NCBI GenBank assembly: GCA_040902805.1
Contig: JBBDWQ010000019.1
Span: 1 to 63,773 of the forward strand
Direction: 5' to 3'
DNA from: Acidimicrobiales bacterium
GTDB taxonomy: Bacteria > Actinomycetota > Acidimicrobiia > Acidimicrobiales > VFJN01
DNA: 63,773 bases
In this document: positions 48,962 through 58,620 of the stretch, piece by piece
Position numbering within the stretch: position 1 is the stretch's first letter
Layout: each line of letters starts with the position of its first letter
Position numbers and translations under genes: made by a program
Notes under the pieces: model-generated
Told to the model about the DNA's origin: nothing
What the model saw: only the letters and a program-made list of their open reading frames with translations
Database searches by the model: none

Positions 48962-50419
48962 ATGACCGTCAATCACGTCGTCGTAGACGGCTCGAACCTC
49001 GCGACCGAGGGCCGCACGTTGCCGAGCTTGCAACAGCTCGATGACGCTGTGCGCTCCTACATCGATCAGTTCGGTCCCAAGAACGTCACCGTCATTGTCG
49101 ACGCGTCGTTTCCGAATCGCATTGACGACAGCGAGAGCGCCTCGTTCGAGGAGGCGCACACGGCGGGCGAGCTCATCGTTCCGCCGGCCGGTGTGATCGG
49201 TCGCGGCGACGCGTTCCTGTTGCAGATAGCAGACCGCGCCGATGCAGTCGTGCTCTCGAACGATTCCTTCCAAGAGTTCCATGGGCAGTACGGCTGGCTC
49301 TTCGATCAGGGGCGTCTCATCGGCGGCAAGCCCGTGCCGCACGTCGGCTGGGTCTTCATGGAGCGCTCGCCGGTTCGCGGTCCTCTGAGCCGCAAGTCGG
49401 TGAGCGAGGCCAAGAAGACAGCTGCCAAGAAGGCGACGGCCGGCACCTCAGCTGCCAAGGAGAGCAAGGCTGCACCCGCCAAAGCCCCGGCCAGGGCCGC
49501 CAAGGAGTCGACGCAGCGCGGCGGCGCCTCGAAGCGGGCGGCCAAGGCGACGACGAAGCGGCCGTCCAAGCGCAGCGGCCGAGGACGTGGCCAGGCTGCC
49601 GAGGCACCCGCCGCAGCCCATCATGCCGAGCTCGCCGTGGCCGGCGAAGGTGATGGTCGCGGTCGTCGGCGTCGTGGAACGTCGGGCGGCGGTGGCGTGC
49701 AGCCCTACAACGACGCGCTCCCATTCATCGAGTTCGTCTCCGCTCACCCCGTCGGGTCGACCGTCAGCGGCGAGGTGGAGAAGTTTGCGTCGCACGGCGC
49801 CTATATCCATGCCGAGGGCGCCCGCGCCTATCTGCCCTTGAAGCATCTCGGCGATCCGCCGCCGCGCAGTGCCCGCGAGGTTCTGAGCTTTGGCGAGTCG
49901 TACACGTTCGTGGTCCATGCGTTCGACACCCCTCGGAGGGGAGTCGACCTGACCATGCCAGATGTCGTGGCCGTCACCGCGGGAGATCTCGCGGCGGCTG
50001 CTACGGCAAGCGGTCCCGTACCAGACCAACTGACAGAGGAGGAACGGGTGGCACCAGCCAAGAAGAAGAAGGCGGCCAAGAAGAAGGCGCCTGCAAAGAA
50101 GAAGGCAGCGGCCAAGAAGAAGGCCCCGGCCAAGCGCAAGGCAGCGGCCAAGAAGAAGGCCCCGGCCAAGAGGAAGGCAGCAAAGAAGAAGGCGCCTGCC
50201 AAGAAGAAGGCGCCTGCCAAGAAGAAGGCAGCCAAGAAGAAGGCTCCGGCCAAGAAGAAGGCTGCGAAGAAGAAGGCTCCGGCCAAGAAGAAGAAGGCTG
50301 CCAAGAAGAAGGCTCCGGCCAAGCGGAAGGCAGCGGCCAAGAAGAAGGCCCCGGCCAAGCGCAAGGCAGCCAAGAAGAAGGCTCCGGCCAAGAAGAAGAA
50401 GGCAGCCAAGAGGCGCTGA
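48962..50419 (+). CDS. NYN/PIN (Zc3h12a-like) ribonuclease, S1 domain and histone-H1-like Lys/Ala/Pro tail
   Basis: [21 protein letters not shown] and VLSNDSF acidic PIN motifs, an S1-like segment ([19 protein letters not shown]) and a roughly 123-aa PAKKK repeat tail. Confidence 0.85.
   Translation: MTVNHVVVDGSNLATEGRTLPSLQQLDDAVRSYIDQFGPKNVTVIVDASFPNRIDDSESASFEEAHTAGELIVPPAGVIGRGDAFLLQIADRADAVVLSNDSFQEFHGQYGWLFDQGRLIGGKPVPHVGWVFMERSPVRGPLSRKSVSEAKKTAAKKATAGTSAAKESKAAPAKAPARAAKESTQRGGASKRAAKATTKRPSKRSGRGRGQAAEAPAAAHHAELAVAGEGDGRGRRRRGTSGGGGVQPYNDALPFIEFVSAHPVGSTVSGEVEKFASHGAYIHAEGARAYLPLKHLGDPPPRSAREVLSFGESYTFVVHAFDTPRRGVDLTMPDVVAVTAGDLAAAATASGPVPDQLTEEERVAPAKKKKAAKKKAPAKKKAAAKKKAPAKRKAAAKKKAPAKRKAAKKKAPAKKKAPAKKKAAKKKAPAKKKAAKKKAPAKKKKAAKKKAPAKRKAAAKKKAPAKRKAAKKKAPAKKKKAAKRR
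50048..50419 (+). repeat. Low-complexity tandem repeat encoding (K)[10 protein letters not shown] units; possible independently initiated histone-like protein
   Basis: Repeated GCCAAGAAGAAGGCNCCNGCNAAG units. In-frame GTG at 50048 preceded by AGAGGAGG (50035-50042). Confidence 0.7.
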
Positions 50420-50459
50420 CCCGCTCTCGCGGGGGTGCCCGCGGTGCGGAATGCACCAG

Positions 50460-50500
50460 GGGATCGGGTCGGCGTGCCAATGGCATGCTGGCCCGGTCCC
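50460..50500 (+). terminator. 19-bp RNA hairpin with four G-U pairs downstream of the NYN/histone-like gene
   Basis: GGGATCGGGTCGGCGTGCC-AAT-GGCATGCTGGCCCGGTCCC. All four non-Watson-Crick positions are G-U on the plus strand. Confidence 0.6.
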
Positions 50501-50539
50501 ACGGGCAAGGGACCTGCGTCTCGGCGGTAGCGTCGTCAG

Positions 50540-51340
50540 GTGCGCCTTGCTACCTGGAATGTGAACTCACTGAACGCTCGTCTAGAACGGGTGGAGGAGT
50601 GGCTCGACATCTGCCAGCCAGACGTCCTCTGCATTCAAGAGACGAAGATGGCCGATACCGCGTTTCCGGCCATGGCTTTCTCGGCTCGGGGCTACGAGAG
50701 CGCCCACCATGGTGAGGGCCGATGGAACGGTGTAGCGATCTTGAGCCGGGTGGGGCTCGACGACGTCGTGGTGGGATTCGCGCCGGATCCTTCGGTTGCC
50801 ACGGACGCCCCGGACCCTGAGGCGCGGCTGATCACCGCGACATGCGGGGGCGTGCGAGTCATGAGCGCCTACGTGCCGAACGGTCGGGCCCTCGAGGACG
50901 ATCACTACCAGTACAAGCTTCGGTGGCTCGATCGTCTCGTCGGGCACCTTGATCGCACGGCCGATCCGGCGCAACCGACAGCGGTCTGTGGCGACTTCAA
51001 CGTGGCTCCCGCCGACATCGACGTGTGGGACGCCTCCGCGGTCGTGGGTGCCACCCACGTGAGCGAGCCGGAGCGCGCCGCACTGGGTCGGCTCCGGGAC
51101 TGGGGCCTGCACGACGTCTTCCGCGACCAGTTCCCCGACACGGAGCGTCTGTTCTCGTGGTGGGACTACCGCGGGGGGAACTTCCACAAGGGGATCGGCA
51201 TGCGCATCGACCTCATACTTGGGTCTTCCTCGATCGCCGCCGCCCTCGACTGGGCGCTGATCGATCGCAACGCCCGCAAGGGCAAACAACCCTCGGATCA
51301 CGCTCCCGTCGTGGTCCAGCTGGCCGAGGTGTCGCCGTGA
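50540..51340 (+). CDS. xth: Exodeoxyribonuclease III (AP endonuclease)
   Basis: ATWNVNS, QETK, YVPNG, GDFNVAP, FSWWDYR, RIDLIL and SDHAPV. Confidence 0.95.
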   Translation: MRLATWNVNSLNARLERVEEWLDICQPDVLCIQETKMADTAFPAMAFSARGYESAHHGEGRWNGVAILSRVGLDDVVVGFAPDPSVATDAPDPEARLITATCGGVRVMSAYVPNGRALEDDHYQYKLRWLDRLVGHLDRTADPAQPTAVCGDFNVAPADIDVWDASAVVGATHVSEPERAALGRLRDWGLHDVFRDQFPDTERLFSWWDYRGGNFHKGIGMRIDLILGSSSIAAALDWALIDRNARKGKQPSDHAPVVVQLAEVSP

Positions 51341-52074
51341 CCGATCCTGTCGCGGGCGACGACGGGTTGGCTCGACTCGCGCCAGGGTCCCCAGGGTGGG
51401 CGAGCCACCTCAACGATCTTCGTGATCTCGAGCTGACCCCTCGTCGCGCCGAGCTGATCCGCCTTTCTGAGGCCGTGCGGGAGGCATTGCACCGCCTGGT
51501 GCAGACAAGTGCCCCAGATGACGTGATCGCGCAGGCAGCCGATCAAGCCGAGGGGATTGTGGCGCTGCTAGCGGCCCATCGATCGGCGGCGGCGTACGAG
51601 GGGTTTGCGGAGTCGGCCAACGCGGGTGAACCGTTCGCGTTCTTCGATCGGAGTCCGATGCTTGGCCGGGCCAACCCGCTCGCTCCGCCCATAGAGCTGG
51701 CGTACGAGGACGGGCGTATCCTCGGCACCGCGACCTTCGGAGCGGCCTACGAAGGGCCGCCGGGCTGCGTGCACGGTGGCTACATCGCGGCGGCGTTCGA
51801 TGAGGTGCTGGGTTCCACGCAGTCGCTGTCCGGCTCACCTGGGATGACGGGCCGCTTGACAGTGCACTACCGATCACCGACGCCGCTGCACACCGAGCTC
51901 CGGTTCGAAGGGAGGCTTGATCGCGTGGACGGCCGAAAGATCCATACGTCTGGCCGGCTCTGGGCAGGGGAGGTGCTCTGTGCCGAGGCCGAGGGGCTGT
52001 TCATATCGATCGATTTCTCGAAGTTCACCGAGCTGAAGGCCAAGCGCGAGCGGCTCACTGACGAGTCCGGCTGA
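51337..52074 (+). CDS. PaaI/hotdog thioesterase family protein
   Basis: GRANPLAPP, YEGPPGCVHGG...FDEVLG and TGRLTVHYRSPTPL. GTGA overlap with xth. Confidence 0.88.
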   Translation: MTDPVAGDDGLARLAPGSPGWASHLNDLRDLELTPRRAELIRLSEAVREALHRLVQTSAPDDVIAQAADQAEGIVALLAAHRSAAAYEGFAESANAGEPFAFFDRSPMLGRANPLAPPIELAYEDGRILGTATFGAAYEGPPGCVHGGYIAAAFDEVLGSTQSLSGSPGMTGRLTVHYRSPTPLHTELRFEGRLDRVDGRKIHTSGRLWAGEVLCAEAEGLFISIDFSKFTELKAKRERLTDESG

Positions 52075-52086
52075 CGAGTGAGGGGC

Positions 52087-52575
52087 TCAGCCCACCAAGA
52101 ATGCATCGAGCACGGCGACCTCCGCTGCCAGGTGCTCGCGTAAGCCCGAGACGATCGCATTCTCGACTGCTCCCCCGACCAACGGCGCCCGAACTTTGAT
52201 CTGAGCCTCGCAATGGCGACGAGTGCCCGTGCCGTCAGCCTCGAAGCGGTAGGAACCGCTGCAGCTGAAGCGATCGCCGTAGTGATCAGGGATCATTCGA
52301 AACGCTGTTGAGCGCGACGCCAGATCGTGCACGGCATCCTCAACCCAGGTGAGCCGAGCGGGGTCGATGACGGCTCGGGCAGCTGACGAGAGGTTTCCGT
52401 TGAAGCGATACCTGATCTTGAGCCGCACCTCGTTGCCTGAGGTCTCGTGGGCCACGACCTCGGGTCGGGACATCTTTGGGAGATCCTGGAAGGCAAGGTA
52501 GAGGTCCGGGTTTGCGTACGCACGGGCGACATCATCCGGCTGGCCACTGAGGTGTTGGTCGATGGCGAACTTCAT
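52087..52575 (-). CDS. SRPBCC/START-like protein (DUF2505-like)
   Basis: LTWVED...F...PDHYGDRFSCSG...IKVRAPLVGGAVENAIV. ATGA overlap with the helicase. Confidence 0.7.
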   Translation of the reverse strand: MKFAIDQHLSGQPDDVARAYANPDLYLAFQDLPKMSRPEVVAHETSGNEVRLKIRYRFNGNLSSAARAVIDPARLTWVEDAVHDLASRSTAFRMIPDHYGDRFSCSGSYRFEADGTGTRRHCEAQIKVRAPLVGGAVENAIVSGLREHLAAEVAVLDAFLVG

Positions 52576-54644
52576 GATCGGCTCGTCGGGGTTGGCAGCC
52601 CCTCGGCGTGCAGCGCATCGAGCATCGCCGTACCAAATCGCTGAGCGAGCAGGGTGCCCACGCCGTCGATCATGCCGAGCTCTTCGACGTCTCGCGGCTG
52701 GATCGATGCGATGCGGGCCAGCAGGTGATCGGCCAGCACCGCGGCTGGGTCCACGCGGGCGGCCCTCGCGGCTGCGTCGCGCCACGCGTGCAGCGCGTCA
52801 AGTCCAGCGTGGCCGCCGGGCTGGGCTGCCTGCAGGAGCGCCCTTCCCTGTGCCAGCTCGTCGACCCATTCGCTCCGTGGGGTGGCGCTTGTAGGCGGCC
52901 TGGGTGCGGCGGGGTCGGCCGCGGACCGACCGTCCGCGATGGGGCGGAGCAAGGGTGACGGACGCCGGTCCACGACCTTTGCTGCGAACGTCCGCTGCTC
53001 AGCCCAGGTGATCCGCAGTTCGCGCTGCGCCCGGGTCATCGCGACATAGAGCAGTCGCGCCTCCTCCGCCCGAGTCGCAGCGGTCTTGGCATGGGCGATG
53101 GGTACGTAGCCGTCCTCGACTCCCGCGAGGTGGACGGTGACCCACTCCAGGCCCTTGGCGGCGTGGAAGGTGGCAACGTCGACGGCATCGCCGCTTCTGC
53201 CGGCGTCCCCCTCGGACTGCACAGTCGCCGTCAGCCAGCGAGCGAACCCGTCGGCTCGGCCCATCGGATCAAGCCGGAGGTAGTCCCGGCCCATTCGCAG
53301 GAGGGCCGCGATCGCCTGATCTCGTTCCTTCGTCTCCTCGAGCGCCAGCGAGGCGAGGACCGGATCCAGCTCGACGTCGTCATCTGGCTCCGTCGGGGTC
53401 TCTTGTTGCATCTCGAGGTCCGCTAGCGCGGTACCGAGTGGCGTGATGGCCGCCCGGAGAGACTGAAGCGCTCGCCGGACCTCTGGACGATCGAGGAAGG
53501 CGGCACCTCCCCGCACCCGGTGCGGGATGCCTGACTCGCGGAGCGCCTCCGTGAGCAGGCCGGTCTGAGCGTGTGTGCGGACGAGCACGGCCTGGTCCGA
53601 CCATGGGCGACCGGGTTGATGGGCAAGGCGCAGGGCACGCGCGACCGCGATCGCCTCGGCTCGATCCGTTGGGTGGGCGGCCAGATGCGGCGGCGGGCCG
53701 TCCGCGCGCTGTGCCTCGATCTCTTGGGCGGGCTGCTTCGCTCCGCGCAGCACCCTGGCCGCCGCATGGAGGATCTGTGGCGTTGATCGGTAGCTGCAGA
53801 CCAGCTCGATCACCTCGGCGGGCGGCCAATACCGGTGGATGTCGAGGAGGAAGCCGGCGTCGGCTCCGTTCCAACCGTAGATCGCCTGTTGCGGGTCCCC
53901 GACGGCTGTCACGTCGTAGCTCTGCCCGCGCCAGGCTTCGAGAAGTCGAAACTGGAGCGGGTTCACGTCTTGCAGCTCGTCAACGTAGATGTGTCGAAAT
54001 CGCCAGCGTTGCGTCGCCGCGAAGGTCGGGTCGTCTTCCAGTGCGCGAGCACAGAGTGCGAGGAGGTCATCAAAGTCGACGACGCCGCTTCGCTGCTTTC
54101 GCGTCTCATAGGCGGCGTATGCCTCTGCGACGACTTCGGGCCGGATCCCCGGCCGCCGCGCGACCGTGGCGATCTCGGCGGCATAGATGTCGGGGGTGAT
54201 CATCCGAGCCTTGGCCCATTCGATCTCTGTCGCGAGGTCCTTGATCGTGGTTCGCAGGTCCCGCCCGGGCACCCTGGGCGCGACCTCGCCGAGAATGCGA
54301 GCCTTGCTTTCCAACAGCGTGGGCTCAGTGCGACGGTGATCGGCCCACCGGGTGCGCAGCACCCCCCATGCGATGGCGTGAAATGTGCCGGCGGTGCTGT
54401 CGCCGCGCAACCCAAGGCGAGCGAGTCGCTCGCTCATCTCGCTGGCGGCCTTGCGTGTGAAGGTGAGGGCCAGCACGTGGCGAGGATCTGCCTCACCCGT
54501 CGCGATGCGATAGGCGATCCGCCTGGTGAGCACTCGGGTCTTGCCGGAGCCCGCTGGAGCCAGGATCACCAGTGGCATCGAGGTGGAGGTCACGGCGCGA
54601 CGTTGGGTCGCGTCGAGCCCGTCGAGGAGGGCCTCGGGATCCAT
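52572..54644 (-). CDS. UvrD/Rep family ATP-dependent helicase with C-terminal HRDC domain (UvrD2-like)
   Basis: APAGSGKTR, TFTRKAA, VDELQD, GDPQQAIY, YRST, TFHAAKGLEW and RLLYVAMTRA, then an HRDC-like tail. Confidence 0.92.
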   Translation of the reverse strand: MDPEALLDGLDATQRRAVTSTSMPLVILAPAGSGKTRVLTRRIAYRIATGEADPRHVLALTFTRKAASEMSERLARLGLRGDSTAGTFHAIAWGVLRTRWADHRRTEPTLLESKARILGEVAPRVPGRDLRTTIKDLATEIEWAKARMITPDIYAAEIATVARRPGIRPEVVAEAYAAYETRKQRSGVVDFDDLLALCARALEDDPTFAATQRWRFRHIYVDELQDVNPLQFRLLEAWRGQSYDVTAVGDPQQAIYGWNGADAGFLLDIHRYWPPAEVIELVCSYRSTPQILHAAARVLRGAKQPAQEIEAQRADGPPPHLAAHPTDRAEAIAVARALRLAHQPGRPWSDQAVLVRTHAQTGLLTEALRESGIPHRVRGGAAFLDRPEVRRALQSLRAAITPLGTALADLEMQQETPTEPDDDVELDPVLASLALEETKERDQAIAALLRMGRDYLRLDPMGRADGFARWLTATVQSEGDAGRSGDAVDVATFHAAKGLEWVTVHLAGVEDGYVPIAHAKTAATRAEEARLLYVAMTRAQRELRITWAEQRTFAAKVVDRRPSPLLRPIADGRSAADPAAPRPPTSATPRSEWVDELAQGRALLQAAQPGGHAGLDALHAWRDAAARAARVDPAAVLADHLLARIASIQPRDVEELGMIDGVGTLLAQRFGTAMLDALHAEGLPTPTSRS

Positions 54645-54669
54645 GAGTCCGGACCCTACGCTGCTAACC

Positions 54670-55017
54670 GTGGTGGACGTCCCGCGCGACCGGTTTGAGG
54701 CCCTTGTGGAGGAGGCGCTCGATGGCATACCGCCTGACCTGGGCCGTCTGATGGACAACGTCGCGGTCTTCGTCGAGGACGGAGTGGCGCGTTCAGGGCT
54801 GCTCGGCCTCTACCGCGGCATACCACTGACCAAGCGCGATCGGGGCTATGAGGGGATGGTGCTTCCGGACCGGATCACGATCTTCCGGCTGCCGATCCTG
54901 GCTCGTTGCCACACCGAAGCCGAGGTGATCCACCAGGTCCGGGTGACCGTGATCCATGAAGTCGGCCACCACTTCGGAATCGGCGACGAGCGCCTCAGCG
55001 AACTGGGTTGGGCCTGA
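54670..55017 (+). CDS. Zincin-like metallopeptidase (DUF1025-like)
   Basis: LLGLYRGIPL, PDRITIFR and HEVGHHFG. TACGCT lies 7 nt before GTG 54670. Confidence 0.88.
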   Translation: MVDVPRDRFEALVEEALDGIPPDLGRLMDNVAVFVEDGVARSGLLGLYRGIPLTKRDRGYEGMVLPDRITIFRLPILARCHTEAEVIHQVRVTVIHEVGHHFGIGDERLSELGWA

Positions 55018-55034
55018 CGATTACGCTTCCGGGC

Positions 55035-55658
55035 ATGCCGTTCTCTCGCAGGTTGCTCAACGAGGGCGAGGACGTGGTCCTGGACCTCCACCCTCATTGG
55101 GAGTACTTCCTCAAGCAGGCGCTCGCCCTCGTTGCCGCGGTGGCGCTGGGTGTGGTGGCCCTCACCCGCGACGACTACGCCGCCGTTCAGGCCGCCGCAG
55201 GAGTCGTCGTCCTGGCCGCGCTCCTGTGGTTCGGGTTGGCCTACGCCAAGTGGGTGACCACCAACTTCGTCGTCACCACAGATCGCCTGATCTACCGCCA
55301 TGGGGTGCTGACGAAGCACGGAGTCGAGATCCCACTCGAGCGGGTGAACACGGTGTTCTTCAGCCAGTCGATCTTCGAGCGCCTGGTCGGTTCCGGCGAT
55401 CTTGTGATCGAGTCCGCGGGCGAGATGGGACGACAGGACTTCTCCAATGTGAAGAAGCCCTCCGCGATCCAGAACGAGATCCACCGGCAGATGGAGCAGA
55501 ACGAGAACCGGAAGTTCGATCGCATCGCCACCCATGCTCCGCCGACCGGCCCGAGCGTCCCCGAGCAGATCCAGCAGCTCGAAGCTCTGCGGCAGCAAGG
55601 CGTCCTAACCGACGCGGAGTTCCAGGCCAAGAAGACGGATCTTCTCGAGCGCATGTAG
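55035..55658 (+). CDS. Membrane protein with bacterial PH domain and C-terminal SHOCT domain
   Basis: Two TM segments, TTDRLIYRHGVL...EIPLERVN and LEALRQQGVLTDAEFQAKKTDLL. Confidence 0.88.
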   Translation: MPFSRRLLNEGEDVVLDLHPHWEYFLKQALALVAAVALGVVALTRDDYAAVQAAAGVVVLAALLWFGLAYAKWVTTNFVVTTDRLIYRHGVLTKHGVEIPLERVNTVFFSQSIFERLVGSGDLVIESAGEMGRQDFSNVKKPSAIQNEIHRQMEQNENRKFDRIATHAPPTGPSVPEQIQQLEALRQQGVLTDAEFQAKKTDLLERM

Positions 55659-55694
55659 TTGACCACGCGGTCAAGGGGCCAGCAGGATGGTCCC

Positions 55695-56591
55695 ATGTCG
55701 ACCGACGAGCGGCTAGCTGAAGCAAACGGGATCAAGATCTGCTTCGAGGCCCACGGAGACCCGCATGACGAGCCGTTGCTCCTAGTGATGGGTCTTGGGA
55801 GCCAGCTCATCCATTGGCCGATCGCGTTGGTCGATGCCTTCGTCGACCGCGGCTTCTATGTGATCCGCTACGACAACCGCGACACCGGTCGGTCGTCGAA
55901 GTTCGACGGCGAGCACGCCCATGGCTTCCTCGCGACGTTCCTAGCCGCATCCCAGGGCGAAGGCGTCGACGTCCCTTACCTGCTCAGTGACATGGCCCGG
56001 GATGCCATCGGGGTGCTCGATGAGCTGGCGATCACGTCGGCCCACATCGTCGGCGTATCAATGGGCGGGATGATCGCCCAGACCATCGCCATCGAACACC
56101 CCACCCGCCTGCGGACTCTCACCTCGATCATGTCGACCACGGGAGAGCAGGACATTGGCCAGCCCACCCCGGAGGCGATGGCCGCCCTGATGGCACCCAT
56201 CCCGACGTCCCGCGACGAGGCCGTCGAGTCGCTGGCCTTGACCCGCAAGGTGATCGGTAGCCCCGACCACTTCGACGAAGGTGTGGTGCGAGCGGTGGCT
56301 GGCACCGCCTACGACCGCTGCTGGAACCCGTCCGGCACAGCGCGACATCTTCTTGCGGTTGCCGCGTCCGGCAGTCGAGCCGATGGGCTGGCCAAGCTCG
56401 ATGTCCCGACGCTCGTCATACACGGGGACCGGGACCCACTCGTGGCACCGTCGGGCGGAGAACGCACGGCGGCCCTCGTCCCGGGAGCAGAGCTGCTGCT
56501 GTTGGAGGGAATGGGTCACGATCTTGTGCCTGCCTTCATCGGTCCGATCGTCGAGGCCGTGACATCCCTCGCTGCCCGCGTCGCATCCTGA
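55695..56591 (+). CDS. Alpha/beta hydrolase
   Basis: [25 protein letters not shown] and GMGHDL. Confidence 0.9.
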   Translation: MSTDERLAEANGIKICFEAHGDPHDEPLLLVMGLGSQLIHWPIALVDAFVDRGFYVIRYDNRDTGRSSKFDGEHAHGFLATFLAASQGEGVDVPYLLSDMARDAIGVLDELAITSAHIVGVSMGGMIAQTIAIEHPTRLRTLTSIMSTTGEQDIGQPTPEAMAALMAPIPTSRDEAVESLALTRKVIGSPDHFDEGVVRAVAGTAYDRCWNPSGTARHLLAVAASGSRADGLAKLDVPTLVIHGDRDPLVAPSGGERTAALVPGAELLLLEGMGHDLVPAFIGPIVEAVTSLAARVAS

Positions 56592-56637
56592 TCGCTCGGA
56601 TCGCACTGATCCACCTGTCACTCCCACGGAGGAAACC

Positions 56638-57783
56638 ATGCCCGGACCGCTTGCTGGCCTGAAGATCGTCGAGATCGCGGGGATCGGCCCTGGCCCGTTC
56701 TGCGCCATGATGCTCGCCGACATGGGCGCGGATGTGGTGCGTGTCGACCGGGCTCAGAACGTCATGGGTGGCGACCCGGCGGCGCCGCCGGCTGATGTGC
56801 TCAATCGGGGCCGACGATCCATCGGGGTCGACCTCAAGAACCCCGATGGGGTCGAGGCCGTGCTGTCCCTCATCGAGGCCGCGGACGGCCTGATCGAGGG
56901 ATTTCGGCCGGGTGTGATGGAGCGCCTCGGGCTCGGCCCCGACGCTGCCCTGGCCCGCAACCCTCAGCTCGTATACGGACGGATGACGGGCTGGGGTCAG
57001 GACGGGCCCTACGCGCCGACAGCCGGCCACGACATCAACTACATCGCCCTCGCGGGGGCACTGGAGCCCATCGGGCGTCGCGGCGAAGCCCCGGTGCCGC
57101 CGTTGAACCTCGTCGGCGACTTCGGTGGTGGCGGCATGCTTCTCGCCTACGGCCTCGTGTGCGCGTTGCTCAGCGCTCAGCGCTCCGGTGAGGGCCAGGT
57201 TGTGGATGCAGCGATGGTCGATGGCGCCGCGGTGCTCACGACGATGTTCCATGCGTTCCGAGCGATGGGCATCTGGGAGGACGAGCGGGGCACCAACCTC
57301 CTCGACACGGGTGCCCACTTCTACGACGTCTACGAGACAGCCGACGGTAGGTACGTCTCGATCGGGTCGATCGAGCCGCAGTTCTACGCTGAGCTCCTCC
57401 GCTTCACGAACCCAGATGGCGACGAGTTGCCGTACCAGCACGACAAGACCCAGTGGCCAGCGCAGAAGGAGCGCTTGGCAGCCATCTTCAAGTCCAAGAC
57501 CCGCGCCGAGTGGTGCGATCTGATGGAGGGAAGCGACGTGTGCTTCGCTCCGGTGCTCTCCCTCGCGGAGGCCCCCGAGCACCCCCACAACGTGCAGCGT
57601 GGCACGTTCGTCGAGCTGAACGGCGTAGTGCAGCCGGCACCCGCCCCGCGGTTCTCGGGCACGCCCGCTGCGGTGCAGCGACCCCCGGCGCACGCAGGGC
57701 AGCACACCGACGAGGTGTTGGCTGATTGGGGTCTGGGCGCGGATCGCATCGCCAAGCTCCGCGACGCCGGCGCCATCGCCTAG
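56638..57783 (+). CDS. CaiB/BaiF CoA-transferase family (alpha-methylacyl-CoA racemase-like)
   Basis: [35 protein letters not shown] and GDFGGG. Confidence 0.92.
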   Translation: MPGPLAGLKIVEIAGIGPGPFCAMMLADMGADVVRVDRAQNVMGGDPAAPPADVLNRGRRSIGVDLKNPDGVEAVLSLIEAADGLIEGFRPGVMERLGLGPDAALARNPQLVYGRMTGWGQDGPYAPTAGHDINYIALAGALEPIGRRGEAPVPPLNLVGDFGGGGMLLAYGLVCALLSAQRSGEGQVVDAAMVDGAAVLTTMFHAFRAMGIWEDERGTNLLDTGAHFYDVYETADGRYVSIGSIEPQFYAELLRFTNPDGDELPYQHDKTQWPAQKERLAAIFKSKTRAEWCDLMEGSDVCFAPVLSLAEAPEHPHNVQRGTFVELNGVVQPAPAPRFSGTPAAVQRPPAHAGQHTDEVLADWGLGADRIAKLRDAGAIA

Positions 57784-57822
57784 CGATCCGATATCGCCAC
57801 GGCTGCCGCTAGCGTCAAGTCC

Positions 57823-58620
57823 ATGGCGACACTCGTTTCGTTTCAAGCGCACCCCGACGACGAGTCGATCAACGCCGGTGGCATGTTGGCGATGGCGGCC
57901 GCCGCCGGCCATCGAACGGTGCTGGTGTTCGCAACCCGTGGCGAGCATGGCGAGGTCGATGATGGGTTTCTCGATCCCGGGGAGACCTTGGGTGAGCGAC
58001 GAACAAAGGAGTCGCATCGCTCCGCGGAGATTCTCGGCGTGCAGCGGGTCGAGTTTCTCGACTACATCGATTCCGGGATGATCGGTACCCCGGAGAATGA
58101 CCACGAGGGCTCGTTCTGGACCGCTCCCCTAGAGGAGGCGGCGGAGAAGCTGGCCGCAATCCTGCGTGACGAGGGCGCGGACATACTCACCGTCTACGAC
58201 AGCGATGGCGGCTATGGCCACCCTGATCACATCCAGGTGCACCGGGTCGGAGTGCGCGCGGCCGAGCTGGCCGGAACTCAGCGCGTGTTCGAGGGGACGA
58301 TGAACCGCGACCACATTCGTCGGGTCATCGCAGCAAGCGTCGCGGCTGGCGGTATCCCGGCCGACCAGGTGCCTGACGTGACTTCGGAGTCGACCTTTGG
58401 TCGGCCGGAGGTCCTCATCACCACCGCCGTCGACGTGACCGGGCACCTTGCGAAGAAGCGCGCGTCCATGGCAGCCCACGCCAGCCAGATCTCCGAGACC
58501 TCGTTCTTCCTCTCGATGCCCGAGGACGCCTTCGCAGCGGCCTTTGGTTGGGAGTGGTTCATCCGTCACGGGGTACCCGAGGGGCACCGCGACACGGATC
58601 TCTTTGACGGCCTGACCTGA
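57823..58620 (+). CDS. PIG-L family deacetylase (MshB/Mca-like)
   Basis: AHPDDE, TRGEHGE, DSGM.G, GGYGHPDHIQVH and AHASQ. Confidence 0.9.
   Translation: MATLVSFQAHPDDESINAGGMLAMAAAAGHRTVLVFATRGEHGEVDDGFLDPGETLGERRTKESHRSAEILGVQRVEFLDYIDSGMIGTPENDHEGSFWTAPLEEAAEKLAAILRDEGADILTVYDSDGGYGHPDHIQVHRVGVRAAELAGTQRVFEGTMNRDHIRRVIAASVAAGGIPADQVPDVTSESTFGRPEVLITTAVDVTGHLAKKRASMAAHASQISETSFFLSMPEDAFAAAFGWEWFIRHGVPEGHRDTDLFDGLT

Noticed and set aside
49828-50508. Antisense ORFs with regular [11 protein letters not shown] or PSSW repeats that look like membrane proteins
   Set aside because: They are shadows of the Lys/Ala codon repeat on the plus strand.
56616-56637. TGTCAC upstream of the CoA-transferase gene
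   Set aside because: No TANNNT at the 10-nt spacing. The region is an SD-led leader (GGAGGA).
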